Shown here piece by piece: positions 12,640 through 26,290 of a DNA stretch of 64,000 nt. Position 1 is the first letter of the stretch; the number at the start of each line of letters is the position of its first letter. The translations under genes were made by a program, and so were the position numbers. The notes under the pieces were generated by a model, which was not told the origin of the DNA, did not search any database, and saw only the letters and a program-made list of their open reading frames with translations. Source of the stretch: Chiloscyllium plagiosum (taxonomy: Eukaryota). Location: contig NC_057751.1 in assembly GCF_004010195.1 (NCBI RefSeq), forward strand, positions 14,665,951 to 14,729,950, written 5' to 3'.

Positions 12640-13560
12640 AGGTATATGTGTTGGATGTGAGCGTGAGAAATTTAGTAAATTTGCAAATTACATTAAAATT
12701 GGAGGTGTCGTGGACAGCGAAGAAGGCAACCTCAGAGTTTGGGCAGATGGGCCAATGGGCTGAGAAGTGGCAGATGGAGTTTAATTTAGATAAATGTGAG
12801 ATGCTGCATTTTGGGAAAGCAAATCTTAGCAGGACTTATACGCATAATGGTAAGGTCCTTGGGAGTGTTGCTGAACAAAGAGACCTTGGAGTGCAGGTTC
12901 ATAGCTCCTTGAAAGTGGAGTCGCAGATGGACAGGATAGTGAAGAAAGCGTTTGGTATGCTTTCCTTTATTGGTCAGAGTATTGAGTACAGGAGTTGGGA
13001 GGTCATGTTGCGGCGGTACAGGACATTGGTTAGGCCACTGTTGCTTGCAATTCTGGTCTTCCTATCGGAGAGATGTTGTGAAACTTGAAAGGGTTCAGAA
13101 AAGATTTACAAGGATGTTGCCAGGATTGGAGGATCTGAGCTACAGGGAGAGACTGAATAGGCTGGGGCTATTTTCCCTGGAGTGTCGGAGGCTGAGGGGT
13201 GACCTTATAGAGGTTTATAAAATCATGAGGGGGCATGGATAGGGTAAATAGACAAAGTCTCTTCCCTGGGGTGGGGAGTCCAGACGAGAGGGCATAGGTT
13301 TAGGGTGAAAGGGGAAAGATACAAAAGAGACCAAAGGGACGACTTTTTCATACAGAGGGTGGTGCGTGTGTGGAATGAGCTGCCAGAGGATGTGGTGGAG
13401 GCTGGAACAATTGCAACATTTAAAAGGCATCTGATGGGAAAGGGTTTGGAGGGATATGGGCCGGGTGCTGGCAGGTGGGACATGATTGGTTGGGATATCT
13501 GGTCGGCATGGACGGTTTGGACCGAAGGGTCTTTTTCCGTGCTGTACATCTCTCTGACAT
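12640..13560 (+). mobile_element. CR1-clade LINE (HER1-like) 3' fragment
   Basis: WAEKWQMEFNLDKCEMLHFG, LERVQKRFTRMLPGL, RRLRGDLIEVYKI. Confidence 0.92.
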
Positions 13561-14607
13561 GTAGAACAGGGAGCAGAGGAACTGGGGTAGCACTTGATGT
13601 GTTGTGCAGCGTAACACTTGAGGCAGCTTTAACTTGAACAGTTGCACTTAAAGACTTGCATGCTAATCAGAAATGTGTTGCATGACTCTGGATATGATGT
13701 GACATGGTACCAAACTCTTTCACCACCATTTGTGAATGCCGCAAATATGAATTCAGGAAATTCAGTGGTGTATTCAACTTGTCCTGTCTGCACAGCCTAA
13801 TTCAGAGAATTGCTTCACATCACCATTGTTTAACATATCCAATAGTCACTGCAAAGTATAAGACCTGAATCTTGCTGAGAACCTCATATGCTTTGAAGCT
13901 TTCCATCTTGGATTCACCAGGACTAGTCCGAGAGAAAAATCTTCAGCGACATCAGCAAAACCTCAACAATGCAGCCTTTCAATATCCTGAACTTTACCCG
14001 AAACCTTTACACCTGCTGCAAGTTTCTGTCATCAGATTTCAAGTTCAGTGCAGGGGCCCTCTTGTGATGGAGCAATAGTCTCCATACCCTGAGAGGCCTG
14101 GGTTCAAGTCTCACCGGCTCCAGAGGTGTACTATAACATCACTGAACAGGTTGATTAGGAACAATAGGTTCACGTTCAGTGCATTTGGATAGAGTGGCCA
14201 GTTTCAGAGCTACTTCAGAGCCTGGCAGAGGGAGTAATGACAGAGCTAGTCCTGTCCGGGGAATGGAATATTGCAATTGAGAGAGAGAGAGAGAGAGGGC
14301 AAGATAAATCTTGCTAAAAACATTGGCTGATGATTGGAGTTTTGGTGGAGGAGAGAGGTGGAGCGTAACAATTTCAAGAGATCAACTCCACTTTGATGAG
14401 GAGTACAGTTATTCAGGGAGATCTGCTCCCTCGTGCCTACTGGATCTCTGGAACAGGACTGAAACTCAATGTTTTGATAAAGTATTTGAGCAATTTGAGC
14501 ATAACTAATTCTATAGTTAAATGTAAAACCTAAATTAAACTTGACCATGAACATTATTTTTCACCTGTGGAAAATTCTGTTTAACATGGTGTAGTGTGCA
14601 ATTATTG

Positions 14608-14932
14608 GTTAGATTCTCTACAGTGTGGAGCCAGGCCCTTCGGCCAACAAGTCCACACCAACCCTCTGAAGAGTAAACCACCCAGACCCATTTTCCTGAC
14701 TAATGCACCTAACCTATACATCCCTGACCACTATGGGCAATTTAGCATGGCCAATTCACCTGACATGCACGTCTTTGGACTGTGGGAGGAAACCAGAGCA
14801 CCTGGAGAAAACCCACGCAAAGGTGGGGAGAATGTGCAAACTCCACACAGACAATCACCCAAGGCTGGAATCGAACCTGTGACCCGAGTGCTCTGAGGCA
14901 GCAGGGCTAACCACTGACCCACCATGCCGCCC
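14608..14932 (-). mobile_element. HE1-type SINE (another at ~15104-15380, -)
   Basis: Reverse complement of the consensus. Confidence 0.87.
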
Positions 14933-15644
14933 ATAAGGTGGCGATGTTACTGACCTGAGAGTGTTTGATAGGGACAGTTGTGTAAGGAACTTTATTGTCA
15001 GTTTAAAAGCATCGAGGAATGTTTAAGAACATTAGAACTAGGAGCAGGAGTGGGCCATCTGTCCCTTCAAGCCTGTTCCGCCATTCAGTTACATTATATG
15101 AGCTTCCCTACAGTGTGGAAACAGGCCCTTCAGCCCAACGCAACCCTCTGAAGAGTAACCCACCCACACTCGTTTCCCTCTGACTAATGCACCTAACTCT
15201 ATTGGCAATCTAGCATAGCCAATTCAGCTGGCCTTCACATCTTTTAGAGAGTGGGAGGAAACCCAAGCAGACACTGGGAGAATGTGCCAACTCCACACAG
15301 ACAGTCACCCAAGGTGGGAATTGAACCTGGATCGCTCACACTGTAGAGCACAATGCTCACCACTGGGCCACCGTGCCACCCTGATCTTTGCATGCTCTCA
15401 GCTCCACCTACCTGCCCTCTCACCATAACCCTTAATTACTGTACAAAAAATGATCGATCTCAGCTTTAAAAACATTTACTAAGGAAGTCTCAACCGCTTC
15501 ACTGGGCAGGGAATTCCACAGGTTCACAACCCTCTGGGTGAAGAAGTTCCTTCTCAATTCACTCCGAAATCTCTTGCCCCTAATTTTGAGGCTACGCCCT
15601 CTTGTCCTAGTTTCACTCGCCAGTGGAAACAGCCTCGCTCCTCC

Positions 15645-16285
15645 TGAGACGATGCTGCTCCTTTAACAAAGTTATGGTGTCCTTGGCTTCTTTTTTTGCA
15701 GACAGGTTGTAAAAGCAGCAATTCCGAAAGCTCTCGGTTTGAAGGGTTTCAGAGTTAACAGATACTGCCTCAAACAAAAGGCTTTTAAGTTTTAAAAAAG
15801 AGACAATGCAAGGGCAGTGGCCAGTTCTCCCAGCTCAGCTTTACTCTGGTTTGGTTTGGTTTGGTTTGGTTTTAGCAGTCTGGCTGATTACTGAAAGCGG
15901 TCGGTCAGTGGCGAAGCTGTTGGACCCAAAGAAGCAGGTCCATGCTGATCGTCTCTCTCCCTCTCTCTCTCTGACATCTCTCCTGTATGAACTTGCATTG
16001 GATTTTTTCTTTTTTGCCAAGGGGTGTTTATGGGGATTATTGCAATTATTTGTGACAGCATCATTAAATCGAGATAATCTGTGGGATTTTCAGACAGATT
16101 AAGTTATTCTATATTCTGTTCTCTTTTGTTTATGTTTTCATTCTGTTTTGTTACAAACTAAGTGGTTTGACCAGCTGCATCCCTCCTGGAATATCTGCTC
16201 GACACCTGCTTAAAACAACTAGTTAAAGTAGGGTCCAAGCTACTTTCCTGAGATGTTTTGAGGGTGGCTGGCCTGGTCCATAACA
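15645..16285. mobile_element. Probable LTR-like insertion splitting the CR1 copy
   Basis: Non-LINE block ending CCATAACA, with CR1 sequence on both sides. Confidence 0.4.
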
Positions 16286-16289
16286 CATC

Positions 16290-18320
16290 TATCTGAGGTA
16301 CTCCCTTCATAAGTTTCTATTTTCTATCAGATCCCCCCCCCCCCCTCATTTTTCTAAATTCCAATAAATATAATCCCAGTCTACTCAATATCTCCTCATA
16401 AACAAACCTCCTCAACCCCGGAATCAACCCAGTGAACCTCCTCTGCACCCCCTCCAGTGCCAGTACATTCTGTCTCAAGCAAGGAGACTAAAACTGTGTA
16501 CAGTACTCCAAATGTGACCTCACTAGCACCCTGTACAGTTGCAACATAAGTGCCCTGCTTTTAAACTCAATCCTTTTAGCAATGAAAGTCAGAATTGAAT
16601 TTGCCTTCCTAGTTACTTGTTGTGCCTGAAGACCAACCTTCTGTGATTCATGCACAAGGACATCCAGGTCCCTCCGCACAGCAGCATGCTACAATTCTTA
16701 CCATTCAAATAATAGTCCTTTGTACTGTTATTCCTACCAAAATGGACAACTTCATATTTATTAACATTGTACTCCATCTGTCAGACCCATACTCACTCAC
16801 TTAAATGATCTATGTCCCTTTGCAAAGTTTCACCGTCCTCTGCACTTTGCTCTGCCACTCATCTTAGCGTCACCTGCAAACATGTGGACCCCAACTCCAA
16901 ATCATCCCTGTAAATTGTCAGTAATTGCATTCCTAACACTGATCTCTGAGGCACACCAGTCGTCACTGAATGCCAATGCTTTTAGCTTCCTGTTGCTTAA
17001 CCAATCCTCTATTCGTGCTAATATAATACCTGTAACACCTTGCATCTTTATCTTATGTCGCAGCCTTTTGCGCGGCACCTTGTTGAATGCCTTTTGGCAA
17101 TCTAGGTACACCACATTTCCTGGGTCCCTGTTGTCCACCATGTTTGTAAGGTCTTTGTAGAATTCCAAAAGATTAGTTAAGCACGACTTGGCCTCATGAA
17201 CGCATGCAGTGTCTACCTGAGGGGATAATTTCTATCTAGATGCCTTCCTACTTCTTCTTTGATAATAGGTTCAAGTATTTTCTCCACCACAGAAGTTAAG
17301 ATAACTGGTCTATAATTCCCCATATTTGTCCACCTCCCTTGTTAAATAGTGGTGTCACAGTTGCTGTTTTCCAATTTTCTGGAATTGCCTCCGAGTCCAC
17401 TGAGTTTTGGGAAATTACTCTAAGTCATTTCTCCCGCCATCTCTTTTAACACCCTGGGATGCATTCTATCAGAGCCAGGAGACTTGTCTACTCCTAACTT
17501 GATCAACTTGCCCAACACTACCTCTTTCATAATAATGATTATTTTCAGGTCCTCACCTACCTTTGTCTCTTTGTCAATTACTGGCATGTTATTCGTGTCT
17601 TCCACTGTGAGGACTGACACAAAATACCTATTTGATGCCTCGACCATTTCCTCATATCCCATTACTAAATGCCCCTTCTCATTCTCGAAAGGACCAATGT
17701 CTACTTTAGCCACTCTTTTGTTGTTTGATATATTTGCACTGCCTTTACATTCTAAGCTAGCTTTTTTTCTCATGATCTATCTTACTTTTCTGTACAGCTC
17801 GTTTTGTGGCTTTCTGTTGACCTTTAAAGCTTTCCCAGTCTTCTAGTTTCCCACTGATCTTGGCCACTTTCTATGCTTTCTCTTTCAGTTTGATAGCCTC
17901 CCTTATTTCCTGAGACATCAGATTACCCCTTTTCCTACAGTCCTTCCTGTTCACTGGTATATTCTGTTCCTGAGCACTTTGAAAAATTGCTTTGAAAGTC
18001 CTCCACTGTTCTTCAACTGTCCCACCACAAAGTCTTTGCTTCCAGCCTACTTTAGCCAACTCCTCCCTCATCCTGTTGTGTTCTCCATTGTTTAAGCACA
18101 GGACCCTGGTATTGGATTATATCTTTGCACTTTCCATCTGTATTCTAAATTCAACCATACTGTGATCGCTCCTTCCAAGAAGATCTCTAATTATGACACC
18201 GTTAATTATTCCTATCTCAATGCAAAGGACCAGATCTGAGACCGCTTGCTCCCTTGGCAGTTCCATTATGTACTGTTCAAGAAAACTATCGCAGATGCAT
18301 TCAATGAACTCCTCCTTACT
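16290..18320 (-). mobile_element. CR1-clade LINE, degenerate ORF2/RT (3' end continues at ~15020-15640)
   Basis: DKSPGSDRMHPRVLKE, VVYLDCQKAFNKVP, RDLDVLVHES; many frameshifts. Confidence 0.9.
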
Positions 18321-18334
18321 TTGTTTCAAGGAGT

Positions 18335-19095
18335 AAAGAAATCTTGATTCTGTATCTAACTCTGTCCTGGGAGTGTTGGATGGAGACAGTGCAGAGGAAG
18401 CGTCACTCTGTATCTAACCCAGTGTTGTCATTCTCCTGGGAGTGTTTGATCGGGATAGTATCGAGGGAGTTGAGAGCGTGTTGCTGGAAAAGCACAGCAG
18501 GTCAGGCAGCATGATTCTGATGAAGAGCTCTGGCCCGAAACGTCGATTTTCCTGCTCCTCGGAGGCTGCCTGATTTGCTGTGCTTTTCCGGCAACACACT
18601 CTCAACTCTGATCTCCAGCATCTGCAGACCTCACTGTCTCCATGGTATCGAGGGAACTTTCCCTTCGATTTATAAGAGTCCAGAAAGCTTTACATTGTAT
18701 CTAACCCTGTGCTTTCCCTCTGCTCGAAGGAGACAGTGTCAAGAGAACATGACTTCCTTTATTAAAAATTAAGGGATGTTTATTTTGTATCTCGCCCCGT
18801 GTGTATCTGGCACTGTGCTGTCCTATCCTTGGAATATGTAATGGGGACAACATAGGAGGGCCTCACTTTCCATTTATTTTTGCTTTAATAGAGTAATATT
18901 TACTTTCAGTTTACAAGAGTATAGCGAGCTGTATTTACAAGTTAAAAGAGTACAGGGAGATTTACTTTCCATTTAAAGGAGTAGAGAGAGCCTTACTTTC
19001 AGGTTAAAAGAGTAGGGGGAGAATTACATTTGGTTTAAAAAAGTCGAAGTCGTTTTTCTCTGTGTCTAATATGGCACTGTCCCTGTCCTGAGAGT
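18335..19095. repeat. Degenerate array of the GGGACAGTGTAGAGGGAGCTTTACTCTGTATCTAACC repeat family (also at 1-70 on the - strand)
   Basis: Recurring TGTATCTAACC / GGGAGTGTT / CTTTACTTTC motifs. Confidence 0.6.
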
Positions 19096-19969
19096 GCATG
19101 CTGCTCACTCCTTTGTGATAATACTTTGTCCCTTTATGAGCTCACACTCACTCCTGTCCTTGAACACTGATGTCACTGTTCCACCCGGTTTATATTTGAT
19201 CTGGTCTGACAGTCTTGAGGCAGAGATCATGCTCATCCAACAGGACCATCAGTGAATGTGGTGAGTGCTCGGTTCAGGGATTAATGTCGGAAAAGGTGGG
19301 TCTGACGAGTCATGTGTGAAGTGTGTCCCAGCATGCTCTCATGCCTCACTGTAGTGAGCATTCTGAGTCTTCTCTTTGACAGTGGATGCTAAATTGGAGT
19401 GGTGCTGGAAAGGCACAGCAAGTCAGGCAGCGTCCGAGGGGCAGGAAAATTGACGTTTCGGGCAAAAGCCTTTCATCATGAATGAGGCTGGGAGCCTTGG
19501 GGTGGATTTATCTCTCCACCACTGAGGCTCTCAGCCTCATTCCTGATGAAGGGCTTATGCCCAAAATGTCGATTTTCCTGCTCCTCGGATGCTGCCTGAC
19601 CTGCTGTGCTTTTCCAGCAACACACTCTGAACTCTAATCTCCAGCACCTGCAGTCCTCACTTTCACCGAGCGAATGCTAAATGGTGCCTCCCAACTCTGG
19701 TATGCATCATCTGTGACTTTGCCCCCCCCCCCCCCCATCCATGCCTTAGTGACCACCCCACAGCATGTTGCACAAATCAATGGTGATCTCTTAAGTTTAG
19801 AAACATAGGACCGGGGTAAGCCACTTGGTCCCTCGATTCTGCTCCACCATTCAATGAGATCATGATTGAGCATCCGACTCTGCAAAGACTCTGTCTCCAC
19901 AGCTCTCTGTAACAAAGACTTCCAAAGACACTCAGACCTCAGGGAAGAATTGGTTACAAGATTGTCTCA

Positions 19970-21010
19970 GTGCCAGGGGACAAGAGAGTGATGGTGGAGG
20001 GTTGTTTTTCGGACTGGAGAACTGTGACTAATGGTGTTCCACAGGGAACGGTGCTGGGTCCACTTCTGTTTGCCATTTATATTAATGATCGCGATGAAAA
20101 TGTAGAAGGCTTGGTTAGTCCGTTTATGGGTAACACCAAGGTTGGCGATACAGTGGACAGTGAATAAGTATATCTTCGATTATTAAGAAATCTTGATCAG
20201 TTGGGTAAAAATTAGTTGAGTAGCAGCAGGTGGAGTTTAACTTGGATAAATGAGACACATTGCATTTTGGTAAAACAAACGAGAACAGGACTTATACAAT
20301 TAAAATAGGACCTTGGGTGGCGTTGTAGAACAGAGAGAGACCAAGGGGCTCAGAAACCTAATTATTTGAAGTTTGCATCACAAATAGATAGGGTGGTTAA
20401 GAAAGCATTTAGCATGTTTGCCTTAATTGCTCAAACCTTTGAGTATAGGAGTTGGGGACGTCGTGTTGAAGATGTACAGGACATTGGTGAGGCCTCTTTT
20501 GGGTTACATTGTCCAGTTCTGGTTGCCCTGTTACAAGAAGGATATTGTTCAGCTGGAGAGGTTCAGAAGCGATTTACCAGGATGTTGCCAGGACTGGAGG
20601 GGATAAGCTATAAGGAGAGACTGGATAGGCTGGGTTTTTTTTTTCACTGGAGTGTAGGAGGTTGAGGCGTGACCTTACCGATGTTGATAAAATCATGAGG
20701 GGTATAGATAAGGTGAATGGCAGGGTGGGGGATTTCAAGGCTGGGGGCATAATTATAAGGTGACAGGTGAAAGATTTTAAAAAGACATGAGGGCAAGTCT
20801 TTACACAGACAGTGATTCATGTGTGGAATGAACTTCCAGAGGAAGCAATGGATGCGAGTACAGTTGCAATATTTAAAAAACATTTAGATGAGTACATGAA
20901 TGAGAAATGTTTGGAGGGATAGGGACCAAGTGCAGGCAGATGGGGCTAGTTTAGTTTGGGTTTACTTTTGGCATGGTTCCACTGAAGTGTCTGTTTCCAT
21001 GCTCTATTAG
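19970..21010 (+). mobile_element. CR1-clade LINE 3' fragment
   Basis: GVPQGTVLGPLLFAIYIND RT motif through to 3' tail. Confidence 0.9.
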
Positions 21011-21127
21011 ATTAGATTTCTGAGAGAAATGTTTGGAGGGATAGGGACCAAGTGCAGGCAGATGGGGCTAGTTTAGTTTGGGTTTACTTTTGGCATGGTT
21101 CCACTGAAGTGTCTGTTTCCATGCTCT

Positions 21128-21366
21128 ATTAGATTAGATTTCTGACAGTATGGAAACAGGCCCTTTGGCCCAACACGTCCACACCAAACCTCTGAAGAGT
21201 AAACCACCCAGACCCATTCCCCTATCCTATATTTTACCCCTGACTAATGCACCTATCATTGTGGGCAATTGAGCATGGCCAGTTCACCCTAACCTGCACA
21301 TCTTTCCATTGTGGGAGGAAACCGGAGCACCCAGAGGAAACCCACGCAGACACGGGGAGAATGTGC
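21128..21366 (-). mobile_element. HE1-type SINE cut by assembly gap
   Basis: Reverse complement of the consensus. Confidence 0.85.
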
Positions 21367-21878
21367 NNNNNNNNNNNNNNNNNNNNNNNNNNNNNNNNNN
21401 NNNNNNNNNNNNNNNNNNNNNNNNNNNNNNNNNNNNNNNNNNNNNNNNNNNNNNNNNNNNNNNNNNNNNNNNNNNNNNNNNNNNNNNNNNNNNNNNNNNN
21501 NNNNNNNNNNNNNNNNNNNNNNNNNNNNNNNNNNNNNNNNNNNNNNNNNNNNNNNNNNNNNNNNNNNNNNNNNNNNNNNNNNNNNNNNNNNNNNNNNNNN
21601 NNNNNNNNNNNNNNNNNNNNNNNNNNNNNNNNNNNNNNNNNNNNNNNNNNNNNNNNNNNNNNNNNNNNNNNNNNNNNNNNNNNNNNNNNNNNNNNNNNNN
21701 NNNNNNNNNNNNNNNNNNNNNNNNNNNNNNNNNNNNNNNNNNNNNNNNNNNNNNNNNNNNNNNNNNNNNNNNNNNNNNNNNNNNNNNNNNNNNNNNNNNN
21801 NNNNNNNNNNNNNNNNNNNNNNNNNNNNNNNNNNNNNNNNNNNNNNNNNNNNNNNNNNNNNNNNNNNNNNNNNNNNNN
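21367..21878. other. Assembly gap
   Basis: N run. Confidence 1.
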
Positions 21879-22960
21879 ATAAAAGAGACCTAAGGGGCAA
21901 CTTTTCCACACAGAGGGTGGTACGTGTATGGAATGAGCTGCTAGAGGAAGTGGTGGAGGCTGGTACAAATGCAACATTTAAGAGGCATTTGGATGGGTGT
22001 ATGAATAGGAAGGGTTTGGAGGGATATGGGCCGGATGCTGGCAGGTGGGACTAGATTAGGTTGGGATATCTGATCGGCATGGACAAGTTGGACCGAAGGG
22101 TCTGTTTCCATGCTGTACGTCTCTATGGCTCTACTGGTACTTTCCCAACCTGTTTAGTCTTTGATCTTCAGAAAATCCCTCCCTACCCGGGATCATCCTC
22201 GTGAACCTTCTCTGAACTGCCTCCACATGAAACATTATCTTTATTTAAATAAGGGGAACCAAAACTGCTCACAGTGCTCCTGATATGGCCTCACCAGCAC
22301 CTTGTCCAATTGCAGTAAGACTTCCCTACTCTCGTACTCCAACCCCCTTGAAATAAGGGCCAATGTTCCATTAGCCTTCCTTATGACCTGCTTACCTGTG
22401 TGCTATGCTAGCTTTCTGTGCCTTGTGCACAGGCTCCCCCAAAGTCCCTTTGTATTGCAGCATTCTGCAGCTGTTATCAATTTAAGTTGTGCTCTGTTCT
22501 GTTGTTCTCCTTTCCGAAATGAACTCCATTTGCCAACTTGTTGTATCCCCCTCGCAACCTGCCTTTCCATCTCGTTTTTGTGTCGCCTGCAAATCTGGCC
22601 ACACGACACACTCCTCTTCCTTCCAAGTCGTTGACGAAAATTGTAACCAGTTGCGGTCCCAACACTGATCCCTGTAGAATCCCACTCGGAACAGGGATTA
22701 CCAACCTGAGAAAGACTTCCTTAACTCCAATCACTGTGTCCTTTCCATTAGCCAATTCTCTATCCATGTCAAAACTACTACCCCCATCACCTTGGGCTCT
22801 TATGATGTTACTTTTTGTGAGCTACCTTGTCGAAAGCTTTCTTAAAGTCCACATATAACACATCTGCTAGTTCCTCTCGATCCACTCTAGTTCCTCGAAA
22901 AAAACTTCTAATTAGTCAGAGACGATTTCTTTATGATGAAGCTGCTTGATTTGACGATTT
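21879..22960. mobile_element. CR1 fragments (+ 21879-22135; - 22140-22960)
   Basis: FSTQRVVRVWNEL; GILQGSVLGPQL. Confidence 0.85.
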
Positions 22961-24486
22961 CACAAATCTTGAATTAAGAGTCGAACAATGACTGTGAAAC
23001 CAATGTCAATTGTCAAAAGGAAAACATCTGGTTCGCTGATGTCCCTTAGGGAAGGAAACTGCTGCTCTTTCCTCGTGTGACTCCAGACTGACAGAAATGT
23101 GGTTGACTGTTAACTGTCCTCTCGGCAATAAATACTGCCATAGTCAGCGGTGTCCCACAAAAGAACTATCAAACTAAAACCTCAAAATCCCGAGACATGC
23201 AGTGCCATTCTCTCTCCCCGTCCTTTGGCTGTCTCGCACTGCTTTCTTTCTGTCTTTCCTGTCTGAACTTTCTCTCCATCTCCCTCAGCCCATGTGTGTC
23301 ACGTGTCACTCTGACTGTTTCACTTTTCTCCGTCTCGTTTTATCCATTGGTTCTGTGATGTCTCTCGGCCAGTCTCATTTCCAGGACTTTTTGTGCTGAC
23401 TTGCGGTGAGGTATTTGTGTGGGATGTAAGCGGGGAAGGGGTGGGGGAGTGCAGGTGTTACTCCAACTCAGCTGGCTTCACAGCTAACACAGGAGTTGAA
23501 GGGTCTCAAGCTGTAGGAGAGATTTTGACTTCATTTCCACAAGCAATTTTGAAGTACCAAGTAAAATGAAGACATTTCGGGTAAGTGTTGCTCTGGTCCC
23601 ATTCAACTAAATGAACCTTTGTAATGACCTCCCTCTGTTTGATGTGGAGGTGCTGGTGTTGGGCTGAGATGGACAAAGTTAAAAATCACACAACACCAGG
23701 TTATAGCCCAACAGGTTTAATTGTAAGTACTAGCTTTCCGAGTGCTGCTCCTTCATCAGGTAGCTGTGGAACAGGATCAAAAATGCACAGAATTTATAGC
23801 AAATGACCACAGGAACATGCAACTGAAACGATATATTGAATAAACCGACATTGCCGTTAAGTTAATGAGTTTTGAGAAGATTTGTAGCTCAAGTTGAGGT
23901 TCTAGATGTAGGTTTGCTCGCTGAGCTGGAAGGTTCATTTCCAGATGTTTCGTCACCATACTAGGTAACATCATCAGTGAGCCTCCAGACGAAGCACTGC
24001 TGATGTTTCCTGCTTTCTATTTATATGTTTGGGGATCTTTGGGTTGGTGATGCCATTTCCTGTAGAACCCAACATATAAATAGAAGGCAGAAAAGATCAG
24101 CCGTGCTTCATCCGGAGACTCACTGATGGTGTTACCTAGAATAGTGACGAAACATCTGGAAATGAACCTTCCAGTTCAGCGAGCAAACCTACATCCATTG
24201 CTGTTAAGTCTTTGATCTTTTAGAATGGGTTGCAGGTTTTGGCTCATTGAAGTGTAAAACCTAGAACTTCTTTCAAGTCACATACTCGAGATAACAAAAG
24301 GTAACAAAGGACGCCACCTTTTTTAATAAAGTTATCTCGAGAATGTGACTTGAAAGAAGCTCTGGGATTAACATATTAATGAACCGACACTTGTTACCCA
24401 CTCTAAAAGAGGAAAGATTTTACAGAAATCTAAGTTTGTTCAATACATCATTTCAGTTGCAGGACACTGTGATCTTTTGCTATAAA

Positions 24487-24775
24487 TTAGATTAGATTCC
24501 CGACAGTATGGAAACAAGCCCTTCAGCCCAACAAGTCCATACTGACCCTCCGAAGAGTAACCCACCCAGACCCATTTGCCTCTGACTAATGCATTGAACA
24601 CTATGGGCAATTTAGCATGGCTGACCAGCACATCTTTGGACTATGGGAGGAAACCCACGTAGACATGGAGAGAATGTGCAAACTCCACACAGTCAGTCGC
24701 CCGAGGATGGAATTAAACCCAGGTCCCTGGCACTGTGAGACAGCAGAGCTAACCACTGAACCACTGTGCCACCCC
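24487..24775 (-). mobile_element. HE1-type SINE
   Basis: Reverse complement of the consensus. Confidence 0.87.
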
Positions 24776-24804
24776 AACATCTAATGATCCTGTTCCACAG
24801 CTAC

Positions 24805-24833
24805 CTGATGAAGGAGCAGTGCTCCGAAAGCTA
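24805..24833 (+). ncRNA. Minimal hammerhead ribozyme core, second family, intact
   Basis: CTGATGA-A-GGAGC-AGT-GCTCC-GAAA-G-CTA; TAC/GTG can form a short helix I. Confidence 0.6.
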
Positions 24834-25009
24834 GTGCTTCCAAATTAACCTGTTGGACTATAACCTGGTGTTATGTGATTTTTAACTTTATCCCCCCTCT
24901 CTTTGGCAAACTTGTCATTAATCTTTATTGATACCTGCCCAGATTTTGTAGTCTTTTTGAAAACGGTTTTGTTTCGATAACTCTGTTTAATTATCACATC
25001 AAAAGACAC

Positions 25010-25425
25010 AACTGGATGGGCTGGGACTCTTTTCACTGCAGCCTTGGAGGCTGAGGGGTGACCTTAGAGAGGTTTATGAAATCAAGAAGGGTATAGGTAA
25101 GGTGAATGGCAGGCATCTTTTTCTGAGGTTGGGGGATTTCAAGACTAGGGGACGTATTTTTAAGATGAGAGGAGAAAGATTTAACAAAACATGAGGGACA
25201 ATTTTTTAACGCAGAGCGGTTCATGTGCGAAATGGATTTCCAGACAAAGTGGTGGTTGCAGGTACAGTTACAATGTTTAAAAGACATTTAGGTAAGTACA
25301 TGAACAGGAAAGGTTTGGACTCACTTGGGCCAAGCACAGGCAGATGGGACTGGTTGAGTTTGAGATTATCATTGGCATGAACTGATTGGATCGAAGAGTC
25401 TGATTCTGTGCTGTATGATTCTAGG
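25010..25425 (+). mobile_element. CR1 3' fragment
   Basis: GGAGGCTGAGGGGTGACCTT... and tail. Confidence 0.85.
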
Positions 25426-26290
25426 ACTCCCAACACTGCTGCCCAGTGCTGAATAACCAAGTGCGAGGGCAAAACTCTGCAGGTCAAGCAGCTTCTGTGG
25501 AGAGAAAAAGGTTGGGTAGGCAGGGGTGTTTTCCTTAAAACAGAGGACAGTCATTGGGTGAGTTAATCGAGGTGGACAGATTGAGGGGCTTGTGTAGCGG
25601 GGACAGGGGAGACGTATTTCCTTTGGCAGAGACGTCAGTTACCAGAGTACACAGACTCAAGTAAAATGGCAGAAGGATGAGACAGGAAATAAGAAAAACA
25701 CTTATAAATCCAAAGGTCTGTGGCTATCCTGTTTGATCTGGAAACCATCCATTCATTTGGACTGCAGCTCGGGCCTTGCGCTACTCCAGCTCAGCTTGTT
25801 TCACAGCTAACAGGAGTCGAAGGGTCTCAAGCTATAGGAGAGATTTTCACTTCAGTCCCACAAACTATTGGAAAGTGGGATTAGAACGGGCAGATTAGGT
25901 TTATTCAGCTGATGCTAACACGGGGTCTCTTTCTGCACCCTCAACTTTGTGTGTGTGTTTGTGTAAGAGACAGAGTGAGTGAGAACGAGCTGGATTGTAA
26001 AGTTGAACATTGCTGTGCACTCTCTCTCTCTCCTAGGTGACCTGATTCGTCCTCTCTGGCGGTGCCCTCCCACTGATTTCTTCACCTTACAAAATGCCCA
26101 CCACGCGATAGAGGGCTGCCTGATTTCACCGTAAACCGCAGCAGAACTTGATGAGGCGGGAGCAAAGTGTAAGTGCACCCCGGCCTCAGGGTAGGCCGGC
26201 AGCTGGGGGCCTGTGCTGCACCTGGACTCTGAGACGGCCGGGCCCCTTGGCTGATTAGGCGAGACTGGGCCAGGACAGTGGAGGAGAGCA

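Larger units (their letters stand above)
23678..24888. mobile_element. Large inverted-repeat Penelope-derived element with two nested insertions
   Basis: Termini 23678-23780 and 24786-24888 are reverse complements; nested palindrome 23903-24197 and SINE 24487-24775; related copy at ~57478-58140. Confidence 0.7.

Noticed and set aside
21234..22054. ORFs spanning N runs (also 33936-35742 and 56137-56903)
   Set aside because: Artefacts of assembly gaps
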